A stretch of DNA of 39,385 nt from a virus (Duplodnaviria; Heunggongvirae; Uroviricota; Caudoviricetes): the IMG/VR virus record IMGVR_UViG_2534681978_000021, one strand, 5' to 3'. The notes beneath the pieces are model-generated. The model was not told where the DNA came from, did no database searches, and was given only the letters and a program-made list of their open reading frames with translations. Below are positions 28,335-36,008 of this stretch, piece by piece. Each line of letters starts with the position of its first letter. Position 1 is the stretch's first letter. The position numbers and the translations under genes are program-made.

Positions 28335-28776
28335 GGCCGGGGAGTTTCACCCCCTTTGAATAAATCCAGCGGATATACTGCTTACAGGACGCGGGCATCT
28401 GTCCGGCATTGATAAGGCGCAGAAGCGTGGAGTTGCGGAAGTTCGTTTCACCGGCCCAGAAGATCCACGAAGCCAGCGCCACCGTCTGACCACGGGTAAG
28501 TGGCACCTGAACACGCCGGTCAATGGCCGCAAAGGCCCATTTCATGTCCTTTTCCAGCAGTTCCAGACATTCTTCATCGGTTTTTGTCATACCCGGTTTC
28601 ACATCCGGGCCGGTATGGCCGTGGCAGATGGTGGGGGTGCCGGTGGGGTCGAGATACGTGGTGTTTTCTTTCCCTTCCCAGTAGCCGGTGTAGTGCGTGG
28701 CAATAGTGAACGTCCCGGCTCCGGCCAGAACAAGGGCAATCAGCTTTTTACGCAGTGGCGCGGGGAGTTTTGGCAT
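28276..28776 (-). CDS. lys: SAR endolysin (signal-anchor-release lysozyme)
   Basis: N-terminal weakly hydrophobic Gly/Ala-rich segment LIALVLAGAGTFTIA, then TICHGHTG and NFRNSTLLRLINAG motifs of P21 R/Mu Lys-type lysozymes. Confidence 0.85.
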   Translation of the reverse strand: MPKLPAPLRKKLIALVLAGAGTFTIATHYTGYWEGKENTTYLDPTGTPTICHGHTGPDVKPGMTKTDEECLELLEKDMKWAFAAIDRRVQVPLTRGQTVALASWIFWAGETNFRNSTLLRLINAGQMPASCKQYIRWIYSKGVKLPGLEARRSADEWLCRYDLPKV

Positions 28777-28847
28777 TGTTACGCTGTCTCATGGTGTTCT
28801 CTGAGCCAGCGTAACCGTGGAAAAAAGGGGGCAGGATTTGCGGAATA

Positions 28848-29270
28848 TCAGAAAAGCCGGGGCTGCGTGCGCTCCTGATGCAGGCGACGCTGGTTGCGGA
28901 TAACGGAGTAAATCTGCGTCTCTGACATCTGGTAATGGCGGCGCAGGGTTTCAATTTTTTCACCCTGGCTCCAGCGGGAAAAAATCTCATTATTGCGCAG
29001 TTCGGTGAAAAGGGATTCACCGACCGGGAGATAATAACCACGCCCGCCCATGTACCCGGCCTGTGCGGCCGCAACCTTACGGGCAAGCATTCCCGCCTGA
29101 GCAGATTCAATCCCCTGACGGTGCAGTTCAGCACTGATCACATCAACCAGGTCACGCAGCGTGCCGGGCCAGTTCTTTTTCAGCTCATCATCAGGAATAT
29201 CATCCAGACGGTCAATCAGCGCGTGCAGCTGTTCGCTGTCACCAAACATGCTCATCTGTGTTTCAGCCAT
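28848..29270 (-). CDS. Mor/C-family transcriptional activator
   Basis: 140 aa with C-terminal HTH (ETQIYSVIRNQRR), between gemA and lys. Confidence 0.7.
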   Translation of the reverse strand: MAETQMSMFGDSEQLHALIDRLDDIPDDELKKNWPGTLRDLVDVISAELHRQGIESAQAGMLARKVAAAQAGYMGGRGYYLPVGESLFTELRNNEIFSRWSQGEKIETLRRHYQMSETQIYSVIRNQRRLHQERTQPRLF

Positions 29271-29340
29271 ACCCGCCTCCGGTCATCATTACACAGGGCA
29301 AGTTTAAAATAAAAATCCCGCGCTGTGGCGGGATTTGGGG

Positions 29341-29850
29341 TTAAAAAGGGGAGGATTCTTCATACAGCCTGCAAACGCGCTCATAACTCATCACTGTACG
29401 CGCTGACATCCCCAGCACATCCAGCATCTTGCGACGGTGCCAGCGTTTGAGACGCTCCAGCACATCCGAGGCCAGTGCGGGGTGTTGCTCCAGCCACTGC
29501 CAGTTAGCCACACCTTCGCCACCGTTCTGCGCGGCCGTCTGCGACTTCACCCAGCGGTTAAGGGCCGTTTCCCCGCCATCAGCGATAAAGCCCTGCCGGT
29601 GCATTACCTTCCAGATGGCGCGAATTTTGGCGGTCACCGTACCCGGTTTTAAGGCCCGGTTAACCGGTTTCTGACGCACTTTAAAACCGCGTTTTTTGAA
29701 AACATCCAGCACGCGGGATAACTCATCCGGTGACATATCCCGGCAACTGGATTTGCCGGTGGCTGCCAGCAGAACGAATGTATAGGTTTCATCATCCAGG
29801 GCAAGCTCGCGCTTTGCCACATGAATGGCGGATATCAGTTTCCCTCTCAT
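29341..29850 (-). CDS. gemA: GemA-like protein (Mu gp16 family)
   Basis: 169 aa, N-terminus MRGKLISAIHVAKRELALDDETY; position upstream of Mor/C. Confidence 0.65.
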   Translation of the reverse strand: MRGKLISAIHVAKRELALDDETYTFVLLAATGKSSCRDMSPDELSRVLDVFKKRGFKVRQKPVNRALKPGTVTAKIRAIWKVMHRQGFIADGGETALNRWVKSQTAAQNGGEGVANWQWLEQHPALASDVLERLKRWHRRKMLDVLGMSARTVMSYERVCRLYEESSPF

Positions 29851-30143
29851 GCTGTATCAACACTCCTGCTGATATGATAGATATTATTTTCCCGATCGAG
29901 CTGAACCCGATACTCCGGAGGAATCACAAAAATATTAAAACCATCAACAGTTTTTATTCTTGAGTAGTATTCCCCCTTATGATATCTGGCAAGTGCATTA
30001 ATCAGAGAAGCCGCCGCCAGCCCAATCAGGTATTTTTTATGAAAAATACTGATAACTTTCCGGCACAGCCATCGTGTAATGACGAATGCACCGAAAAACG
30101 ATGTGATATATAAACACCAGAACAACTGCGAACTACTGTCCAT
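29847..30143 (-). CDS. small membrane protein (low-GC cassette), stop overlaps gemA start as ATGA
   Basis: 98 aa with two hydrophobic segments; AAGGAG RBS. Confidence 0.5.
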   Translation of the reverse strand: MDSSSQLFWCLYITSFFGAFVITRWLCRKVISIFHKKYLIGLAAASLINALARYHKGEYYSRIKTVDGFNIFVIPPEYRVQLDRENNIYHISRSVDTA

Positions 30144-30321
30144 TATCTTTCTCCTTATTCAGTCTTCTGCGGCATTCGGCACAGTCATCAGGCTTTCAAA
30201 TGTATCCGGCTCGCGATTATGAGCCAGATATAACCACCGCCCACATATACTGATATTTTCACCTGTTTTAAAAAAATGATGCTTCTTAGCCATCAATGGC
30301 CGCGCCCATCCAGCGGGTAGA

Positions 30322-30696
30322 CTATTCATTAGCTTTATCCTCCATGCTGGACAGAATCATATGTATTAATGTCGGGCGTGGAGATATACGCATTTCATTA
30401 AGCGTCTGAAGGGCAGCAACAGCAGCCATTTTATCGGTGCCTCTGGCAATTTCTGCAAGAGAATGCACAATCCATAACGGACTTAACGCTACGGCTGAAT
30501 CCAGAATCATGTCATCCATAATAATTTCTGGCACATCCCGTTTGTCACATTCTTTATCCATAAAAGAAACGATTTTTTCCGCATCTTCCGGTTTCATACC
30601 TCCGGCGATAAGAATTTTACGATATTCATAAGACGTTCTTAATTCAATGCTCATATTCATCTCCTGTAACTCTGACAAGGACGTGATTTTTCTCAT
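30322..30696 (-). CDS. hypothetical protein (low-GC cassette)
   Basis: 124-aa ORF, start overlaps upstream ORF stop (ATGA). Confidence 0.5.
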   Translation of the reverse strand: MRKITSLSELQEMNMSIELRTSYEYRKILIAGGMKPEDAEKIVSFMDKECDKRDVPEIIMDDMILDSAVALSPLWIVHSLAEIARGTDKMAAVAALQTLNEMRISPRPTLIHMILSSMEDKANE

Positions 30697-30878
30697 TTAC
30701 GCCTCCCGGAAATACGAATGTATATACCGATGAGAAAATCCATAATAAACAGGAAGAGCGACATCCTGATAAAGAACCAAATGTCAGGCATAATGGACAG
30801 GTTTCCTGTAATCGCAAATATAAAACCAGTCCCCCACACTGGAACGATAATTGCGAAAAATACAAGTCTCTTTATCAT
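30693..30878 (-). CDS. small hydrophobic membrane peptide, two predicted TM helices (low-GC cassette)
   Basis: 61 aa, mostly hydrophobic. Confidence 0.45.
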   Translation of the reverse strand: MIKRLVFFAIIVPVWGTGFIFAITGNLSIMPDIWFFIRMSLFLFIMDFLIGIYIRISGRRK

Positions 30879-31426
30879 GGCGTTAACTCCCGTAATACAG
30901 CGTCCTCGGCGGTCCGTCGACGGTAATAAACAGCGTGAGCAGAATGTTCAGATATGCCAAACTTTTCGCCAATTTCCCGGAATGACAGACGGCGAGGGTA
31001 ATCGGAATCCCGTAGTGCACGTATAAGACGAACATCCTCATCAGATATACGTGTGCCGGGGCGTAACTCACCGCACTTTGTTAATCCGGCACCAATCATT
31101 CCTGCGCGGCACCTGACAGAGTCTTTATTACGTCCGAGATAATCCCCCATTTGCTGGCAGGTCATTGTCCGGGCATTTTTTCGGATAAATTTATCTTCAT
31201 CAGGTGTAAATCGCGGTCGTTTATATTTCAGCAACTCCGGGTATGTACTGCGCAATACGCCAGTCCGGTTATATACGGCCCAGACACTTCTTTTTATTCT
31301 GGCGGCAATATCCTTAACCGGGGTGGAGGAATAAAGCGCAATCAGCAGCGCATCTTCTTCAGGTGTCCACGGGCGGACATGAGCAGGTGCACGACCTTTT
31401 CGCCCCATGGGTTGTAATTTCATCAT
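30875..31426 (-). CDS. hypothetical DNA-binding-like protein with three tandem repeats
   Basis: repeats WTPEEDALLIALY... / FTPDEDKFIRKNA... / ISDEDVRLIRALR... each followed by helix-turn-helix-like sequence. Confidence 0.5.
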   Translation of the reverse strand: MMKLQPMGRKGRAPAHVRPWTPEEDALLIALYSSTPVKDIAARIKRSVWAVYNRTGVLRSTYPELLKYKRPRFTPDEDKFIRKNARTMTCQQMGDYLGRNKDSVRCRAGMIGAGLTKCGELRPGTRISDEDVRLIRALRDSDYPRRLSFREIGEKFGISEHSAHAVYYRRRTAEDAVLRELTP

Positions 31427-31429
31427 GCA

Positions 31430-31945
31430 TCACCCCCTGACTCGCTTTTCAGCAGCATAAAACTCATCAGACAGAATTTCGGTCATTTTCTGATTTGCGG
31501 GTTTTACACCGCACTGAAGATAAATCACATCGTCAACGCAGAACCACTCCACAGGGCCATACAGGATTGCTGAGAAATCAATGCCCAGCCAGAACAACAG
31601 GGCATCGGTTCTGGCATACGTGACGGGCGAATATTCACGCCACAGACTGTTCAGTTCGTCAGAGGCAGTGCGCAGGGCTTTGGGAATGCGCGATGTGCGC
31701 GGCGTGCAGCTCCAGCCATTCGACGCAGTCGGTTTTCGCCATAAGTCGCGATGAAAAGGATATTTGTCCTCCGTAAAACGCAGTCCCTTAAAACAAAAAC
31801 CACTGATACTGAATTCAAATACCGACCGGCACGCAACATTCAGCACGGCCTCAAGGCGTTTCGCCTCATCCTTAACTTTCTGGCAGTCCTGCTGATATTT
31901 TTGCCACGCGGCCAGCGCGGAAGGGTTTGATGTTTTAAAGAACAT
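31430..31945 (-). CDS. hypothetical protein (early semi-essential region)
   Basis: 171-aa ORF in operon. Confidence 0.45.
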   Translation of the reverse strand: MFFKTSNPSALAAWQKYQQDCQKVKDEAKRLEAVLNVACRSVFEFSISGFCFKGLRFTEDKYPFHRDLWRKPTASNGWSCTPRTSRIPKALRTASDELNSLWREYSPVTYARTDALLFWLGIDFSAILYGPVEWFCVDDVIYLQCGVKPANQKMTEILSDEFYAAEKRVRG

Positions 31946-32478
31946 TACGCCACCTCCGCAGATATCCCGGCAGGCGCGGCCGTCCGGTCAACAATCAGGT
32001 AACGCAGAACGCGCGAGGTGATATTCCAGCCGCTTAAACCGCAGATAATGACACCCAGGCGTATGTCGATATACGCCATCACAAACCGGGGCACGCCTTC
32101 TTTCATGGCCTGCTCATCAACTTCAGCCACCACATAAACGGTTTCACAGGTCAGAACGCCCTGAGCAAATTCCCACGCCATTGACGGAATATCATGCCCC
32201 TCAATCCACGGCAGGGATTTTCTGAAGCTGCACCACTGAACATCATCAGCCGCACCTTCCTGGCTGCATTTGCGACGAACCGGCTGCACCGGGCGGGGAC
32301 GCGGAATATCATAAAAACCGTTACATTCCGTCAGCACCCCGGCATCGACCGCATCACGCAGAAAATAAACCATCGAGGATGGCGGCATATTCATTTTTTC
32401 AGCCAGAATGCCGCAGGTCAGACGCCCGTAAATACTCAGCCAGTTTTTAACCCCTTCAAGCACTTTTGCATCAATCAT
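31945..32478 (-). CDS. hypothetical protein (early semi-essential region)
   Basis: 177-aa ORF in operon. Confidence 0.45.
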   Translation of the reverse strand: MIDAKVLEGVKNWLSIYGRLTCGILAEKMNMPPSSMVYFLRDAVDAGVLTECNGFYDIPRPRPVQPVRRKCSQEGAADDVQWCSFRKSLPWIEGHDIPSMAWEFAQGVLTCETVYVVAEVDEQAMKEGVPRFVMAYIDIRLGVIICGLSGWNITSRVLRYLIVDRTAAPAGISAEVA

Positions 32479-32481
32479 GAA

Positions 32482-33024
32482 TTATTCCTCCGTCAGCGCC
32501 ACATATTCAGAATGTTTAATCTCCTGGCATTCTTCAGGAATACCCCCTTTTATTTCCCTGCCATAAGCGCCTACTTTAAACACCACGCACAGGGCATCAC
32601 GGGAGAGCGACGGGGTCCACCAGGAGTCCATGTTAAACATGGAGGGGATTCTCATTACCCCCAGCTTTTCACAGAGCCAGACAAGGAAATCAGGACGCTT
32701 TCTTAACTCGCGTTCAGCGGCTTCAATCATTGCGGCAATCGCCGGTCCTTCAGGGCATGACTCATCAGGTCTGGCAATAAAGCACGGTCCGTCCCCGATA
32801 AAAGCCACATCATCGCGCTTACGCCAGCCCGCAGGCAGAGCACCAGAAAAATAAAACTCACTGATTACGTCCATGGCAAACGGCTTTAAGCGCAATCCGG
32901 CAGCGCCTGTATTTTTCAGTAATGCCCGAAGAATACTGTTGCGTAGCGGTAAAACAGTCTGTTGATATTTGGTGAAATATTTATTTGTCTGCACACGGTC
33001 TAATTTGAAATAAAAATATGCCAT
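32482..33024 (-). CDS. hypothetical protein (early semi-essential region)
   Basis: 180-aa ORF in operon. Confidence 0.45.
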   Translation of the reverse strand: MAYFYFKLDRVQTNKYFTKYQQTVLPLRNSILRALLKNTGAAGLRLKPFAMDVISEFYFSGALPAGWRKRDDVAFIGDGPCFIARPDESCPEGPAIAAMIEAAERELRKRPDFLVWLCEKLGVMRIPSMFNMDSWWTPSLSRDALCVVFKVGAYGREIKGGIPEECQEIKHSEYVALTEE

Positions 33025-33121
33025 ATATCCTGTTCCTTATTTTCAGTTTACAGGCGCAGGCAGTCCCCTGACGCGAGCGCCATACTTAAAACGATGTGAT
33101 ATTTAAAGATTTAATGCGGTG

Positions 33122-33652
33122 TTATTTATTCAGTCCGGCGTCCTGTTCAAAAGGCTCGACATAAAAACTTTCAGCGCCTTTATTCACCTTAATACCGGCA
33201 ATGCCTTTCACTGCATCCGGCTCCGCCAGGACCGCTTCCTTGTTCACTTCCTCTTTCGTGCGGATGAATCGCTCAAGCCCCATACGGCGCAGCATTTCAA
33301 TCACACCTTCCACATCACGGCTGACGCTGCATGATGGATTTCCCAGCCGCCATGACACTGTTCCGGTGGTCAGATTGGCTGTTTTGGTTTTGCCGCCGTT
33401 CGTCAGCTCATCGCGGTTGGTTTTGCACCAGTCCTGAATCCCCTTAAAAAGCACTTTGATTTCTTTTTTAAGGTTTTCAATCTGCGGCGTATAACGGGCG
33501 GTGATTTCTGCCACTTCATCATTCATCGCCGTTTCCAGCCGCAGCGCCTCTCGCTGAATATCGCCCAGGGTACGGATATCGCGGCTGACTTCTTCGCGGG
33601 TCTGCGGTGCGGCCTCGGCTACAGCCTTTAATTTTGTAACGCGTTTTGCCAT
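33122..33652 (-). CDS. gam: Gam host-nuclease inhibitor (Ku-like DNA end-binding protein)
   Basis: 176 aa; LETAMNDEVAEIT, WCKTNRDELTNGGKTKTANL, FIRTKEEVNKEA blocks match Mu Gam as recalled. Confidence 0.9.
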   Translation of the reverse strand: MAKRVTKLKAVAEAAPQTREEVSRDIRTLGDIQREALRLETAMNDEVAEITARYTPQIENLKKEIKVLFKGIQDWCKTNRDELTNGGKTKTANLTTGTVSWRLGNPSCSVSRDVEGVIEMLRRMGLERFIRTKEEVNKEAVLAEPDAVKGIAGIKVNKGAESFYVEPFEQDAGLNK

Positions 33653-33663
33653 TTTGTTTTTCC

Positions 33664-33957
33664 TTATTGCAATGTATCTGGTGCGTTCTGCAAGGAGCGG
33701 CGCTCAATGCTGCTTTTCACCCCCAGAGCCTGCATGGAACCCTGAAGTTCATCTGTCAGAAACTGAATAATTGTGGGGCTGTGATATTTAAGAATTTGCG
33801 CATAAACATCACATGGGCCTGTCGGTCTGTTCTCCGTATCACGTTCGATTTTTACAGTGGCAGTAACCCCCTCCGTGATTTCCTGACTATCATTACCGGC
33901 TGGCTTTACTTCATGCATTACGTGGTTAAATTCAAAAATAACGCGTACTTTGCTCAT
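33664..33957 (-). CDS. hypothetical protein, paralog A of a tandem pair
   Basis: start at MSKVRVIFEF with GGGGG RBS. Confidence 0.5.
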   Translation of the reverse strand: MSKVRVIFEFNHVMHEVKPAGNDSQEITEGVTATVKIERDTENRPTGPCDVYAQILKYHSPTIIQFLTDELQGSMQALGVKSSIERRSLQNAPDTLQ

Positions 33958-34234
33958 GGAATTCCCCCTGCTGATTAAATTCATTACCGTTAATAACCCC
34001 GGAAGCCATGCCCCTGTCTTTCATGAATGCACTGGCTTTCATTGCCACAAGCTCTGCGAAGTTTCTGCTTTCCGCGAGCATAACCACCCCAAAAATCATG
34101 GCGGGTCCATCACCTTTCTGCTTTATCCCGGTTGAACGTATGTCCAGACTTACCCCCATGCGCACTGTTCCATCAGCGTTTTTATGGATAACGTGCTCCT
34201 TATATTCGAAAATAATGTGTACGACTTTACTCAT
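33932..34234 (-). CDS. hypothetical protein, paralog B of a tandem pair
   Basis: MSKVVHIIFEY...; GAGGA RBS. Confidence 0.5.
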   Translation of the reverse strand: MSKVVHIIFEYKEHVIHKNADGTVRMGVSLDIRSTGIKQKGDGPAMIFGVVMLAESRNFAELVAMKASAFMKDRGMASGVINGNEFNQQGEFHEQSTRYF

Positions 34235-34512
34235 CCTCTGGTCCTCGTTCTGTTTGGATAACTGACCCGGCGTCTGACCTCACGGCAGAACCGAATCATG
34301 GCATTAAAGGCTTCTTCCTCCGTCACCGCTTCCGGTATCCCCGGAACCAGTAACTGCTCCTGTTCATCACGTCCATGACGCGCCATAACCTCAATCACAT
34401 GCCGTACCGTGGCAGGCTTTCCGGCAACTATCGGCAATGCACCTTCCGGCAGGACGTAACCAAACTCAATAAGACCGCTCGACCACGCCCACGCAATCAG
34501 ATTTCGTTTCAT
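34231..34512 (-). CDS. hypothetical early protein
   Basis: 93-aa ORF, operon context. Confidence 0.4.
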   Translation of the reverse strand: MKRNLIAWAWSSGLIEFGYVLPEGALPIVAGKPATVRHVIEVMARHGRDEQEQLLVPGIPEAVTEEEAFNAMIRFCREVRRRVSYPNRTRTRG

Positions 34513-34513
34513 C

Positions 34514-34768
34514 TCACACCTCCCAGTAAACCGTGCAGCCGCTGATGCGGGTGGCCTTCACACGGCGGCGCAGGCCGTTGGTCTGTATGGTGATTTCAAT
34601 TTCACCGGTTCCCTGCACGTTGCCTACCGGCGGCGTGGTTTTCAGTGCAAAACGTTGCGGATAGCGCTTACTGCGTTCCAGTACCGCACCGGCAAGTTCG
34701 GTCAGACGGCGCGCGCTGTTCAGGGAGTCGAATAAATTCATTTTGTTACCGCAGGATTGCATATTCAT
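34514..34768 (-). CDS. hypothetical early protein
   Basis: 84-aa ORF. Confidence 0.4.
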   Translation of the reverse strand: MNMQSCGNKMNLFDSLNSARRLTELAGAVLERSKRYPQRFALKTTPPVGNVQGTGEIEITIQTNGLRRRVKATRISGCTVYWEV

Positions 34769-34780
34769 ATAACACCTCGT

Positions 34781-35008
34781 TTAGCTGATTCGTTTTGCAC
34801 CGATAAAACGACAAATATTGCTGTAAGCTTCTTTCGCACCTTCACGATCAAGTCCTGCCGATATTGCCATTCTGGTGCGATCATTAAATTCAAAAAGTAA
34901 ATCGCCACATTCTTCACTGTCAGACACGGAGACTGCTTTGACGTTATCGAAATTCACCAGGTGAAAGCGTCCGTAAATATCAGGAATATTAAATGCAATC
35001 ATAATCAC
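34781..35008 (-). CDS. small early protein immediately downstream of B (Kil position in Mu)
   Basis: 75 aa; position and size only. Confidence 0.4.
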   Translation of the reverse strand: MIMIAFNIPDIYGRFHLVNFDNVKAVSVSDSEECGDLLFEFNDRTRMAISAGLDREGAKEAYSNICRFIGAKRIS

Positions 35009-35937
35009 ACCTGTGAGAGTAATTCAGGGTTGGTATAAACCTCTTTAAAGGCCGCATTAATATGTTTTTCTGTCAGCGCCGCGCCTTCACCACTGGCGGT
35101 GATCCATGCCTGGTTAAGCGTATGTGTCAGAACACGTAATGCTCCCGGTTTTTCAGCGATAGCCTGCATGACAGCCAGCTCGGCCTCACCACTGATACCC
35201 CACGCCCTGGCAATAGCCAGCACATCCGCCTTTTTGGCCTTGCGAAGTTGTTTTGTACGGGCAAGACGGCTGAACAGGCGCGATAAATCATCAACGGCGC
35301 GGCGCCCCCCCTTAAACAGTCCGCGCGGGTTACCAATAAGCACCATCCCGATCCCCGTGGCGTCCTGGATTGCACGCAGTTGTTCCAGACCGTCAATACC
35401 AAGATGATCCGCCTCATCAACAATCACCAGTCCACGCGTTCCCATCAGGCGACGGCGGATGGCGCGGGATAATGCCCCTTTGTTCGCGCGGGTGTAATCA
35501 ATTCCCAGCTCCTCGGCCAGCTCCAGCAGACACTCCGTGACGCTGGAATGCGCGGGAGACAGGGTTATCATCCAGGTGTTCGGTTGCTCCTGACAGTAAT
35601 TACGGGCCGTGGCCGTTTTACCCACACCCGGTACGCCCACAATGACGTTAATACAGCCCATCAGGCGAACCGCCTGAAACAGCGCGCGCAGCTCCTGGAC
35701 TGTCTGCGTTTCCACAAACTGCGGCGGTTCCGGCAGTGCGCTTTGTTTATTCCAGTTCTCATACCAGGAACGCAGGGAAGCAGCCACAGCGACGTTATCG
35801 CCTTTATATTTCCCCTTGCGGAAAGCCGATAATGTACCGTCGGAAATTCCCGCCTCTCTGGCGATGGCATACTGCGTCAGTACGCCGCCATCAATAAGTT
35901 CATCAATGGTCTTGATTACATCGTTAATATCGGTCAT
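35005..35937 (-). CDS. B: MuB-like ATP-dependent target DNA activator (AAA+)
   Basis: Walker A GVPGVGKT, LVIVDEADHL, KADV..IA...I.GE and GALR blocks collinear with Mu B. Confidence 0.9.
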   Translation of the reverse strand: MTDINDVIKTIDELIDGGVLTQYAIAREAGISDGTLSAFRKGKYKGDNVAVAASLRSWYENWNKQSALPEPPQFVETQTVQELRALFQAVRLMGCINVIVGVPGVGKTATARNYCQEQPNTWMITLSPAHSSVTECLLELAEELGIDYTRANKGALSRAIRRRLMGTRGLVIVDEADHLGIDGLEQLRAIQDATGIGMVLIGNPRGLFKGGRRAVDDLSRLFSRLARTKQLRKAKKADVLAIARAWGISGEAELAVMQAIAEKPGALRVLTHTLNQAWITASGEGAALTEKHINAAFKEVYTNPELLSQV

Positions 35938-36008
35938 ATTATTAACCTCTCATTTGATACCTTGTTTAATCAAATAACCTGAGTCGCCGCTCGGGTTATT
36001 TTTTTATT

